Shown piece after piece: positions 1-11,889 of a stretch of 62,670 nt of DNA (its first letter is position 1; every line of letters starts with the position of its first letter). The notes beneath the pieces are model-generated. The model saw only the letters and a program-made list of their open reading frames with translations, ran no database searches and was not told the DNA's origin. Source of the stretch: Octopus bimaculoides (Eukaryota); NCBI RefSeq assembly GCF_001194135.2, contig NC_068987.1, forward strand, positions 30,076,139 through 30,138,808, read 5' to 3'. The position numbers were made by a program, and so were the translations under genes.

Positions 1-728
1 ATGAAACCAATTAAGGTAGTTCGGGAGCGAGGAGTGAGTGGGAGAGCCGGTTGAATGATCTATAGATCAGGGGGACGTGTGGTGTTTGGGCTGTGATGAG
101 CTATGTGTTGTGGTGGAGAGGGGTGAGGCAAACAGAGGTGAAGCCAGACCGGAAGGGCCAAACCGGAAGGGTCAGATCGGAAGTCGGCGACACGCGGTCG
201 AAGGCTAGCACGTGAGGCCAGTGAGAAAACAGCGACGTTACGAGAAAGACGTGTTCTGATTAGGAGCGATCGTGTACCCCGCTACGGTCGGCAAGGTAAG
301 GTCCAACGCTTCATTCTGTCCTTTTGCTTCTTGTTGTCTTCTTCCTCCATCGCACCACATACATGACTATATACACACCTACATCAGCGCCACTTTAACG
401 TGTATCTAGAACAGAATTTCAAGAAATTTTACAAATGAACACCAAACTCTACTCCACAAAACAGAAAGTTTAAAATCCCTATATACCAATAAAATTGCTT
501 ATAGAACAATGACTGCCTGGGAAGAAACATATAAACATACAACCTTTACTCAAATACTTTTGTAACCATCAAAGCACTCGAGAAACAACTTCTTATGCTA
601 ACAAAGCGATGGCATGCCTGACGAATAACCCCATCCTTACAAATGTAAACAAGATATACTCAAAATAACAAGTAAAGAAATGACCAGCCAAAACTTACAA
701 CTGACCTACATTCTTTAGTGAAAAGAAA

Positions 729-860
729 AGTTGACACATCCAAAGGGCTTAAATACTGGACTTTGTACCTTTGACCTTTACACTGTCAAAACGTAGTTGA
801 CGCACCCAAAGGGCTTAAATACTGGACTTAGTACCTTTGACCTTCATACTGTCAAAACAT
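729..860. repeat. 66-bp tandem duplication
   Basis: agttgac(a/g)ca(t/c)ccaaagggcttaaatactggactt(t/a)gtacctttgacctt... occurs at 729 and 795. Confidence 0.9.
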
Positions 861-1556
861 GTTAAATCCCAAAATATCTAAAGCAACAAAAATACTGTCA
901 CACCTTGTGCCTACCTAACAAAAGAGAAACACCTACAGGTTTTTCAAAAAAAATTTACATGCTTGAATAAATTCTAAACAATAACATAATCCCAAATTCA
1001 ATCAATTCAATTTTTTTCCAAAACACCTTTCCATAACAACTGACCATAAAAAGCTAATTACCACCCCACCCAAACCCACACACCCAAAGACGATTTTAAC
1101 TCGATAGAGACGATATAAAGACGAGACTAACTCTACTGGCTTAACAGGCCAAAATTTCGAAGTCACTAACAACATTCTTGACTAAGAATAATATTGTGTG
1201 TATTTGTATATGTATGTATGTGTGCATATGTATGTACATGTGTTTGTATATATATATATATATATNNNNNNNNNNNNNNNNNNNNNNNNNNNNNNNNNNN
1301 NNNNNNNNNNNNNNNNNNNNNNNNNNNNNNNNNNNNNNNNNNNNNNNNNNNNNNNNNNNNNNNNNNNNNNNNNNNNNNNNNNNNNNNNNNNNNNNNNNNN
1401 NNNNNNNNNNNNNNNNNNNNNNNNNNNNNNNNNNNNNNNNNNNNNNNNNNNNNNNNNNNNNNNNNNNNNNNNNNNNNNNNNNNNNNNNNNNNNNNNNNNN
1501 NNNNNNNNNNNNNNNNNNNNNNNNNNNNNNNNNNNNNNNNNNNNNNNNNNNNNNNN

Positions 1557-1602
<46 letters not shown>

Positions 1603-2539
1603 GTATAATTGTGTGTGGGGGGGTATATAAGTATTTGTACGAGTTTATAAGTATACATTTACATAGAGATATACACACATGCATATATGTATGTGTGAGA
1701 AAAAAGAGAGAGAGTGAGTGACAAAGTACATATATATTTAACTTCCGAATATATCTTACTCTACACACAGCTTTGGGTTTTCTTTGTTTTAGTAATATGC
1801 GCACAGAGTACTCCGACCATATAAAGCTACTTAGGAGTGGTTTTCGTTATGAAGTTGGTTGGTTGGCTGGCTGGTAAGGGCTATGCCTTATTCTGGAACG
1901 GCTAACCGAAGGTGAATGACACCGACATGAGAAATGGGTAGCTTTCTGAGTTCAATGAGAAAATGCATGTTATCGCTGAACGGATAACATTACTTCGTAT
2001 CATATATCGTGGCGTAGCATATTACATAATACTATGTAATACTGATAAGTGTATATGTACCAACTCTGGTAGTCAGGATAGAAGCTACTTCCATCAGACA
2101 TGAGATCAAGTGCTAAGTGGAATACTAAAATACCAAACAGGACAAAGTAATCTGAATGGGTGATTTTAATGCAGGTGTAGCAGAAGTGATTTACATTGTC
2201 ATTTTCGTCGCAGTGGTTTAGGCTTAAATACCTGGATATCGGCTCCATAGGCCTTTCCGTTCCAGCAAGTTGCATAACCTTGTGATTAGCCAACCTTTTT
2301 CTTCATATTGGTGGGTTTCAAGCCGTTCAATCGTATTGGCGCAACACTTCGTTTTTTCTTACGCGGGAAATTAAACACCAGTTCTGGGAGCCTCCTGATC
2401 TCTATAAGCACGACAGATCTTGACTGCCAAAGACCTCTAGGTCTTTGGCACACGCCACTGACCACACGCAATTCGTCTCAGACAACGATGTATCTGACAC
2501 TAGCCAGTTGTTCCATGATACAAATCAAATCATCAGACG

Positions 2540-2830
2540 GCACATAGAAAATTACTCAGAAGAATAGCCGAGTAAACAGTCCGGGCAGCTTCTTTTGTCA
2601 AAATTCAAGGAAAATGCAGCTAGAGATATTAAAGGAATGAGATTACCTTTCGTTCAAATATCACAAAGACATGGAACCATGATCGTGTGCGGATTGAGAT
2701 ATCGTGACATCTACAAAAATGACGGAGACAAATCCGTCTGCTCCAACTGTAGGAGTATAGTACTCTTGTCCAGTGTGTGGAAACCAAACTCTAAAGATTA
2801 TAAAAAGAGTCACAACGCGGCTTCGGTAGA
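2540..2830 (+). mobile_element. Degenerate RTE-type LINE reverse-transcriptase fragment
   Basis: Translation IYKNDGDKSVCSNCRSIVLLSSVWK resembles the RT N-terminal motif LYKNKGDRSDCxNYRGISLLSxxGK; reading frame is broken. Confidence 0.65.
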
Positions 2831-3318
2831 GCACGAGTTACAGCCGATATGACCGGTTTAATGCAACTTAAAACGAAATTCATGTATCAATATCAAGTAC
2901 TATTCATCATCCTCGTGGATTCATCAAACTCTTTGACACTGCAACGAAGGAACTTCTACTGGAGGTTCACAGAAAGAGTCTTTGTGTGTGGTGCGGGTGC
3001 AGGGAAGAGATGCATAGAACGAAAGACATTCCTAGAGTTGTTTTCTTTAGGAGTTTCTCCTTTCTCTGTATTTAGTTTCGTGTTGTCGGTCGTTAGTTAA
3101 TTTTGGTTTCCTTGAATCCCAACACATACTTCTTCTTCACTTACTTCAGCAGCGACTGGTACAGTCACTTTTAGCCACTTCCAGTAGTTTATCAAATGTA
3201 CCACTTGCACAATTAATGTTCTAATATAAACACATACACATTCTGCTTTTTTGTGCTGTTTTAAACGTCGGCATAACATTTATCCTAGAAATTTATAGAT
3301 AATTTGTATTTATTCCCT

Positions 3319-3662
3319 TGTAGTAACGCCGTGCGCATGCGTAGAATTAAACAACCAAGCGTTCCCGCTCAATTCATTCTCTTTCTTGCTGGCCAGCAAC
3401 AGAGCATGGACGTGTATAGTTGTCACTCTACATCTTTCGGACTTACACTCGACAGCTCGCTTACATCTACATACCCACGTCCCAACAACTATGCTCACTC
3501 ACACAGAAGCTGTAACAACAAGAACTAAAGATGTATATATTTACCACCTGAATAAATGTTGTATAAGTTGATAGTCCGGAGTTCAGCGTTCCGTTTATAT
3601 TCTATAATTTTATATAGGAAAGTCAGGTATACATCTAATGATGTATAACCAACTTTCCTATA
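3319..3662 (+). mobile_element. LTR-like repeat with terminal hairpin, copy 1
   Basis: Begins TGTAGTAACGCC, has an internal AATAAA and a TATACA motif, then an inverted tail. A homologous copy lies at 22694-23019 in opposite orientation. Confidence 0.65.
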
Positions 3663-5064
3663 CCCTGTTCCTCATAGATACTCCCTCTAAGACCCAATTG
3701 GATTCCTTCAATACCAAAGTTGATCAATAGACATTATTAACTAATGCAGGCGCTGATAACCTGTAGTAAACGTTTAGGACAGCCTGGTACGTCCTACTGG
3801 TCATGGAATTTTTATCGTCCGTCGTTCCCATTCTATCAGCCCTAGCGCATTTAGGCGGCAGTAACTATGAGTACTGAAGATCAATGAGTACTTTAATCTA
3901 GCTCTCGGTAACCAGTGAGTAATTTATGAACTCCTCTTTGAATAGAAAATTCACACCCTTTGAATATTAAGGCTTTCATCTCAGAGCCCTATAGCAGACT
4001 TGTTCTAGTTTCTAAAACTTCTCTTCGAAGCCTTGATTGCATCAAATTATAATTGCACTTAGCTGACCTAACGAACTGATAAGTCAAAGTAGTTCTTCTC
4101 ATTGTTGATTAGAGGATGAATCCTATAAATATGATTTCGTTGTATTTAAACCTGTGTTGGCTATAACATTGTACAGCACGATTTTTGTCCTTGAGTAGCG
4201 ACTGTTAGTTCCTATTTGCTTACCCCTAGAAAGTATGAAATATGTGGTTGGGAAACAAGCTTCTTACCACACAACCGTTCCTATGCCTTACAAGTTACTA
4301 AAAACACAAACATGAGCGAACAAAGAAAAAAAGGGGAGAAAAGAGGAAGAAAGAAGAGAAAGAAAAATAACATCAATTCAACACCACAAAGTTCACATCC
4401 CACAGAGTTCAACGGAATTTTGCGGGATGTGATCATCTGCAACTATTAACGTTACAAAAACAAGTTTAAAATTGTTTGCATAATCGTTTTAATTTATTTA
4501 TTTACTTCTATTTATTAAAGTTCCAAATTATCGAGTTATCAGCTAAACTACGGATAGCAATCATTGGTTCCTTGTTGAACGAGAAATAACTCAGCAGTGA
4601 TTTAATATCCAAGGCTCTTACAGTTACTTCCCTTAGATAATTCTGTTCCGGTGTTCATTTTGATAGATACCGCCAACCATTTACGTACAGCAGCAAAGAC
4701 AAAGAAGCACCAGAATAAATGGGTTTCGGTATTTAATTGAATCTTTTGACACTCTGAATTAAAACTCCATTGGAGTTAACTTTATCTTTTATCGTTATGG
4801 GTTATAATAATTACCCTAGTGTCAAGTATTTGTATCAAGATCTGGACTTCGGCTCAGCATAGGAACTGCTCGTATAATCAAGTAAGGCTGTCGCCTAGCA
4901 GCTAAGCTAAACATATCCAACACTTACATCCACTTCTGTGCCACACATATCTTCCTTAGTTACGAGAAATCATGCAATCACGGAGTAGGTTTATAGAATT
5001 AATAAAATCATGACTGCATTTGACTGGAATAATTAATTGAATAGTACTGCTAAGATTATAAAAG

Positions 5065-5530
5065 CCAGGGGCAGGTATGGCTGTGTGGTAAGAAGTTTGC
5101 TTCCCAACCACATGGTTCCAGGTTCAGTCCCACTGTACAACACTTTGTACAGTCCACTACCGTGGCTNNNNNNNNNNTTCAGTCCCACTGTACAACACTT
5201 TGTACAGTCCACTACCGTGGCTTCAGACCGACCAAAGCCTTGTGAGTGGATTTGATAGACAGAAACTGAAAGAAGCTCTTGTATATACATATGTATATGT
5301 CTGTGTGTGTGTGTGCCTTCGTGTATGTGTTTGTTCCCCATCACTGCTTGACAACTGATGTTGGTGTGTTTACATCCCTGTAGCTTAGCAGTTTGGCAAA
5401 AGAGACTGATAGAATAAGTACCAGGCTTTAAAAAAAAAATAAGTGTTGGGGTTGATTCATTCAACTAAAATTGTTTTCAAGCAGTACTCCAGCATGGCTG
5501 CAGTCAAATGACTAAAACAAGTATAAATGA
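5065..5530 (+). mobile_element. tRNA-headed cephalopod-type SINE (family A)
   Basis: Head ggctgtgtggtaagaagtttgcttcccaaccacatggttccaggttcagtcccactg (A/B-box-like), body gtgagtggatttg...gaaactgaaagaagc, tail gatagaataagtacc...gcatggctgcagtc. The motif recurs more than 10 times in the window. Confidence 0.8.
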
Positions 5531-5829
5531 TAAATAAAAAAGATAATATGTATATACATATTCTGTTGTGTCTGGGGAAAGTCATATATATATACCCATC
5601 CATTTGTCATTCTCACCCTGAGAAATGCAACGAACAGATGATTGAGCCATTAGAAACTTAAAACCAATTCACTAATTGTGATTTATAATTGATAATAAAT
5701 AAATGTTATAATACAAGGAAGGGAGAGAATAATTGACAAATTTAATTTCTAACTTGTTTATAACAAAATTTCATGATGTATTTGGCTTAGTGCTTTTTTT
5801 TTTTTTTCAAATGTCCAATGATAAGTTCA

Positions 5830-5977
5830 TAATTTTATCATCATGTATCAAGCACTGGTACCAAGCCTCTTGGATTCAGTTTTAAAAATTCTTCAGTCTT
5901 GTTATAAGGATCAATTTTTTCATATTTAAAAGGAATTCCTTTCTCCAAGAGACCAATCCAGACTCCTTGGTAAAATG
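5830..5977 (-). pseudogene. Partial duplicate of the GST N-terminal region, frameshifted
   Basis: Aligns by eye to 7889-8035 of the GST with about 7 substitutions plus a 1-nt insertion (tatcaagcac vs tatcagcac). Similarity stops within the catalytic-loop codons; there is no start and no C-domain. Confidence 0.9.
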
Positions 5978-7264
5978 TCCATGATAAATTCTTTACATTA
6001 TTTTAACCCTATAAAGCCTAACTGAAGCTGAAAAATGTTTTATATGTGATACAAATAAACCCTGTAATGGTGGTGATGAATTCTTTTCTCTGCATTACAA
6101 TATCAGTTACCAAAATGTCACCAAATTGTTTTGCACATATTTTCTCCAAATTTTGGCAAGAGAGTGACACAAAAATATCCCCTATTCTTCCCTTCAAAAT
6201 CAAATTAGGTAATGTAAATATTCCATATAATTATCTTTTGTAAATTCCTGATAACACTCATATTTCTCTTGTGAAGCATTTCCAGAGTGTAAAAGCAGCT
6301 TCAGGATGTTGAAGTACCTCCAGGTATATAAAGAGGGTGATGTAGTGCTGTACCAGAGTTTAGTCATTCATTATACCCAAAACTGATAGATCTGAATATA
6401 TATATATTTGCTTTTCTACTGCTCTAAACAAGGTACAATGACACTATGTCCTTAGCAAAGAAGGAAATGTTATCCATGTGATTTGATGTCAGTACTTTAT
6501 ATAGATGTAGTTATGATTGAAGGTCTCAGGCATATCAGCTTCGTTAATGGCATACCATTTAGACTCAAGCACTCTAGAATAATGGAGATACAAATGTAGA
6601 GGCAAGCATGATCACATCTATCACTGGGAACATTTATATCAACCTGTGGCCTGCAGGAATTTCTGAGTGGCACACTTAAAGGAAAATTATCTGGAATTTT
6701 TTCAGTAGTTTGGCCTACTCAATAATGAGCTGCATCTCATGTAACCCATTTATCAAAATTATGGCCGTTGCCAGTACTGTGTGACTGGCCCTCGTGCCGG
6801 TGGCATGTAAAAGCACCCACTACACTCTCGGAATGGTTGGCGTTAGGAAGGACATCCAGCTGTAGAAACTCTGCCAGATCACATTGGAGCCTGGTGCAGC
6901 CTTCTGGCTTGCCAGTCTTCAGTCAAATCGTCCAACCCATGCTAGCATGGAAAGTGGACGTTAACCAATGATGATGATGATTGCCCATGCCTGTTTTAAA
7001 TTATTACTTACCCCACTACAAATAGCAGGGAAATATCAACCAGAAAATCAGTCATAAAAAAAAAATCGATACAATTAATGATGTAAATCTAGATATACTA
7101 TGTCAGTTAAAAACAAGCTGGAAAACATTTTGATCACTGGTCTACTCATTCATCAAGGTGACTGAAGCTAAACAATAACAACAATGATTAATATACAGCT
7201 AACAGAGAAGCAAATAATACTGATTTAGAAATTTACATAACAAATTTTAGATATTTCTCAAAAA

Positions 7265-7270
7265 TTTATT
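7265..7270 (-). terminator. Candidate polyadenylation signal of the GST
   Basis: AATAAA on the minus strand about 150 nt after the stop, in a U-rich 3'UTR-like tract. The hexamer is common in AT-rich DNA. Confidence 0.4.
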
Positions 7271-7418
7271 TACTACTTTGATTACATAATTTGAGGGAAA
7301 AAACACGACAAAAAATACAAAGCTATATTTAAAAAGTAATTCATAAAATATAGGCTTGCTTTAAAAATGTGATATATGGTATTGATACTTCATTAATGAA
7401 TCCTTCAGGCAACTTGTT

Positions 7419-8081
7419 CTATTTTTTTACATATTTATCAAAACCTGGGATCAATTTGTCTATCTCAACAAGAGTAGGTTTCACACTCTCCCTGTTAAGA
7501 CAAGCAGTGAGCCATTTCTGGAACCGAGGATACCAATCAAGATCAGATGGTATTTCAAAACTTTTATAATGTTTCAAAACTGGCAGCCTTTGCATCCATG
7601 GAAGCAGCATCATATCAACAAATGAAAATGTGTCCCCCATGAAAAATTTTCCAGTTGGAGACATGGCTTTCACAAAACCTCCAGTATTTTCAACAAAAGA
7701 TTTCTGTGTCTCACCAAGCTTTTCAGGATCTGATTTCAGAATAGCAAAAAATAATGGAATTATTTTACTTGCAGCATAATCACCCCAAATACGAACTTGA
7801 GCCTTATCATAGGGTTGTTCCATCATAATTTTGGGTTTTTGGGGCCAAGCTTCATCAATATATTCCATACATACAGCAGATTCATAAATAATTTTATCAT
7901 CATGTATCAGCACTGGTACCAAACCTCTTGGATTCAGTTTTAAAAATTCTTCAGTCTTGTTATAAGGATCAATTTCTTCATACTTAAAAGGAATTCCTTT
8001 CTCCAGGAGAGCAATCCAGACTCTTTGGCAAAATGGACAATACCAGGAACTTGCAAACCTGAGTGATGTGGAATCAGACAT
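7419..8081 (-). CDS. Glutathione S-transferase, cysteine-type (omega/DHAR-like CPFC motif), 220 aa, single coding exon
   Basis: Uninterrupted 220-aa ORF with GST hallmarks: WYCPFCQRVWIALLEKGIPF (active-site loop and helix 1), NPRGLVPVL (cis-Pro), YES (GSH-binding ES), MGDTFSFVD (N-capping SxxD in the C-domain). AAAATG start context; TAG stop at 7419-7421. Confidence 0.95.
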   Translation of the reverse strand: MSDSTSLRFASSWYCPFCQRVWIALLEKGIPFKYEEIDPYNKTEEFLKLNPRGLVPVLIHDDKIIYESAVCMEYIDEAWPQKPKIMMEQPYDKAQVRIWGDYAASKIIPLFFAILKSDPEKLGETQKSFVENTGGFVKAMSPTGKFFMGDTFSFVDMMLLPWMQRLPVLKHYKSFEIPSDLDWYPRFQKWLTACLNRESVKPTLVEIDKLIPGFDKYVKK

Positions 8082-8096
8082 TTTAAAAAACGAAAC

Positions 8097-8125
8097 CTAA
8101 AAAAAAAGAAAGAGAAAAAAATATT
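8097..8125 (-). promoter_or_regulatory. 3' splice acceptor upstream of the GST start (intron in 5'UTR or short N-terminal extension)
   Basis: Minus strand reads ttttttctctttcttttttttTAG|gtttcgttttttaaaATG: a long polypyrimidine tract plus AG, 15 nt (in frame) before the ATG. Confidence 0.7.
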
Positions 8126-8309
8126 CACAGAACACTGACCATTCAGAATTTATATTAATTCTTAATTACTATAAATTACCAAAATAATTATAGTTTATGA
8201 ATCTTACACCAATGTCTATCCTCCTTGGCATTAATCAGGAACTTTTTTATACTTTATTTCTTTACACTCCATATTTCTGCTTCTTGAATTTATCTTTTAT
8301 TTGTTTCAA

Positions 8310-8680
8310 TCATTAGACTATAGCCAAGCTGGAGCACAACCATTTTTAGTTGAATAAATCAAACCCAGTACTTATTTCTTTTATTTTAAGACTGGTATTT
8401 ATTCTATCAGTCTCGGGCCAAATTGCTAATTTACAAGGACATAAACACACCAACACCAGTTATCAAGTGGTGATGGGGAACAAACACACACACACACACA
8501 CACTCACATATGTACAATGGGCTTCCTTCAGTTTCCATCTATCAGATCCACACACAAAGCTTTAGTCAAACTGAGGTGATAGTAGAAGACACTTGCCCAA
8601 GGTGCCACACAGTGACACTGAACCCAGAACCATGTGGTTGGAAAGTAAGCTTCTTACTGCACAGCCACACCTGCACCTAT
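8310..8680 (-). mobile_element. Family A SINE
   Basis: Reverse complement of the same head, body and tail as 5065-5530. Confidence 0.8.
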
Positions 8681-10127
8681 AAATAAAATTTTCTAATAAT
8701 TTCTAAAATACAAAAGGAAAGATTTGGCACAAATAATAATCTGATAGACTAAATGCTTTGCTTTACAGGATTTAGTTTTAACCTGCTTAGTCTAGAATTC
8801 AAATCCTACAGTTTCCTTTTGTTTGAAACGTCAGTAAAATAAATAATAACCATATAAGTATTCACTAGACAAAATACACTCTATACTAGTTTGTGGCCTT
8901 CTGCCTACACAAAAATATCAATAAGATATAACCATACTGATTCTTATTTCTCAAAACTTTTTCAATAGATTCTAAATTTCACTAATAAAAATGTACAATG
9001 ATGAGATCAATCATATTGGTTTCAAATTTTGGCATGAAGTCAGCAATATCGGGAAGCAGGTAAGTCAATTACATCAACCCCCAGTGCTCAACTGGTACTT
9101 ATTTCATTGACCCTGAAAGGATAAAAGGCAAAATTGACTCTAGCAGAATTTGAACTCAAAATGTAAAGCCAGATGAAATGTCACTAAGCATTTTGGCTTG
9201 GCATGCTAACAATTCTGCCAACTCACTGCCAATCATATTAACTTCACANNNNNNNNNNGAATTTGAACTCAAAATGTAAAGCCAGATGAAATGTCACTAA
9301 GCATTTTGCCTGGCATGCTAACAATTCTGCCAACTCACTGCCAATCATATTAACTTCACAAGATCAATCATATTCTTCTCACAACGAAAGACGGCAAGCT
9401 GCCAGAAACGTTAGCACGGCAGGCGAAACGCTTAGTAGTATTTCATCTGTCTTTACGTTCTGAGTTCAAATTCCGCCAAGGTCAACTTTGCCTGTCATCC
9501 TTTCAGAGTAAAAAAATTAAGTATCAGTTGCATAGTGAGGTCAATCTAATCAACTGGCCCTGTCTCCAAACATTTCGGGCCTTGTGTCTAGAGTAGAAAA
9601 GATTCTTCTCACAAGGACTACAAAAGTGACCCCTAGAAGGTCAACCACAGTGACCTCATGAGGACTACTATATTGACTTCTTTCCCAATGAAGTTCAACC
9701 AGTGCTGCTTATCTTGCTCAGAATAATATTTAGCAAATTTTACTTCTTTAGAGATGAAGTCAAGTGATGCCTCTATGTGACTACAAAATCTGCTAGAGAT
9801 AGCAGCCAAATTTCTCTCAAATTATAATCTTTTACCTTCAAAAGGAAGGAACACATTGGATTATGTAGTCCTGGGTATGCAACACCCGAGAGAAAGATGG
9901 AAGGCAATGGCTGGAATGTCTCCAATCATGGATCTGCTCATCCAGAGTGAACAACAATGATAACAGTTTTTAAGAGATACAAAACAGAATTAAGGTTATT
10001 TAAAATTCTATCAAAAATTATCTGAACCACAATTTTGTGTGTGTGTGAATACACATATACAGATCTATGTACACACACACATACAGATCTATGTATATAT
10101 ATATATATATAAATATATATACATATA

Positions 10128-11343
10128 CAGGGTATCTCAAAATTTAGGCAACCAGCTTTTTACAATTTTGTCAAAGCAAAATATTGTTATATTTCAGGTC
10201 AGAACATTGCAATGGTAAAGGAAACACAATTATGACACTACCACATTTATTCAATATGACTGCATCTGTTTCGAATCACAGCCTTAAGTCTAGGTGTAAA
10301 TGCTTCACATGCAGCACACAGCTGTTTTTGTGGAATCAAAGCTCATTCATGGTGCAGTTTTACCTTAATTAAGCAAAGCATGAGGAGTGCTCAAGATCCT
10401 CGTCTCCAGAATGGACCAAACAGAAAAATCCAACATCCTTCCTTTGAACGATGGAATATTTTTCTGAATCCAGTGTTGTGTCTGTTTGGAGCTGTGGGAT
10501 GGTGCTAAGTCCTGTTGAAGGCTCCAAGGTGCACCTTGAAAGTGCTCATTCACTCATGAAAGCAGTTCAGCTTTCAGAAGTTTGCTAATATATCACTGGG
10601 TGTGAATTCTAACACCCAAGGACACAAAAACAAAGGGAGACCTTCCAGTGGCTATCACAGCCACCCAAACCATAATTGACTGTAGACTTTGACGTCGATT
10701 TACAAGTCTACCCTTGACAGAGCCAGATACACTCCAAAGTCAGTCATTCTAGTGGTTTACAGTTTGTTCAATGTCAAATTTCTTTTCATCAGTAAACAGG
10801 TTGGGCAGCGTGCCTTCAGCAATCTGACACATGATAAAACAACTTCTCTCCAGTCTCAAGGCCTTATAAACTTGCTAGCTCATGATGGCGAATCATCTTG
10901 TAGGGGTGGTTCCTGAGATCCTCCTTCAGCACTCAATACATCGATGTTCAACCTATTTTTGCTGTGGCAGCCAGTTTTCTGACAGAACAATGAGGATCTC
11001 ACCATATATTTTCTCTGGTACTTTTGATAAGCTGAGGGATCCACAAACTTCTTTTTCAGCCATGTCCAGGTCAATCAACAGTGGAACGAGTCTCTTGAAA
11101 TTTCTTGACAATTTTCCAAACTGCTGTTCGGTTAATTTTAAGCTTTTGCTGCCTATGTGGAGGGTTATGATTGTATTTCGGTCTACAGCCATTATTTAAT
11201 TGATAAATCTGAATTTATTTAGTCTGAAACAAAACGACAACACACTAAGCTTTTATAATTATGTATAATTTTCATATCTTATCACATTTATTCATAGTTA
11301 TTAAAGCCCAAAACTTCAGTTGTCTTAATTTTGGAACACCCAG
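10128..11343 (-). mobile_element. Full-length degenerate Tc1/mariner transposon (maT/DD37D-like)
   Basis: TA + TIR cagggtatctcaaaatt at 10128 and imperfect aattttggaacacccag ending 11343. Minus-strand broken transposase starts MAVDRNTIITLH and carries LFTDEKKF, QQDLAPSH and LDFSVWSILE. The subfamily call is inference. Confidence 0.85.
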
Positions 11344-11371
11344 GATATATTCATATACACAAGCACGTACA

Positions 11372-11404
<33 letters not shown>

Positions 11405-11889
11405 NNNNNNNNNNNNNNNNNNNNNNNNNNNNNNNNNNNNNNNNNNNNNNNNNNNNNNNNNNNNNNNNNNNNNNNNNNNNNNNNNNNNNNNNNNNNNNNN
11501 NNNNNNNNNNNNNNNNNNNNNNNNNNNNNNNNNNNNNNNNNNNNNNNNNNNNNNNNNNNNNNNNNNNNNNNNNNNNNNNNNNNNNNNNNNNNNNNNNNNN
11601 NNNNNNNNNNNNNNNNNNNNNNNNNNNNNNNNNTATATATATATATATATAATCATCTTTTAACGTCCATTTCTTCATGCTGGCAAGAGTCAGACACTTC
11701 AACAGGAGCTGGCAAGTCAGAAGACTGCCTCAAGTTTCAATGTCTACTTTGTCATCGTTTCTACAGCCAACCACCTGAGAGTGTACTGGGTGTTTTTTTT
11801 TTTTACATAGCACTGACACTGGTGAAGTCACCAAGTAACTCACAAGACAAGCTCCTCAAATAAGTAGAGAGAGTAGTATTTAAGCAAGT

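Noticed and set aside
1166-1804. Long ORFs spanning N-runs (also 11261-11863, 37505-38200, 55708-56496, 57620-58014)
   Set aside because: Artefacts of translating gaps and (TA)n/(CA)n repeats.
2000-2547. Several 60-97-aa ORFs in moderately GC-rich sequence
   Set aside because: No recognisable motif; adjacent to an RTE relic and probably decayed LINE sequence.
5071-5135. tRNA-like A/B boxes
   Set aside because: They are SINE heads; no complete cloverleaf or acceptor stem could be drawn.
5178-5222. Direct repeat across the 10-N gap (5118-5167 versus 5178-5222)
   Set aside because: Identical sequence on both sides of a small gap is typical unmerged contig overlap.
6018-6203. Minus-strand 61-aa ORF with faint resemblance to a GST C-domain helix
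   Set aside because: No nucleotide alignment to the GST and wrong position relative to the N-terminal fragment.
9146-9360. About 100-bp duplication either side of the gap at 9249-9258
   Set aside because: Near-identical gap-flanking copies; most likely haplotype or overlap artefact.
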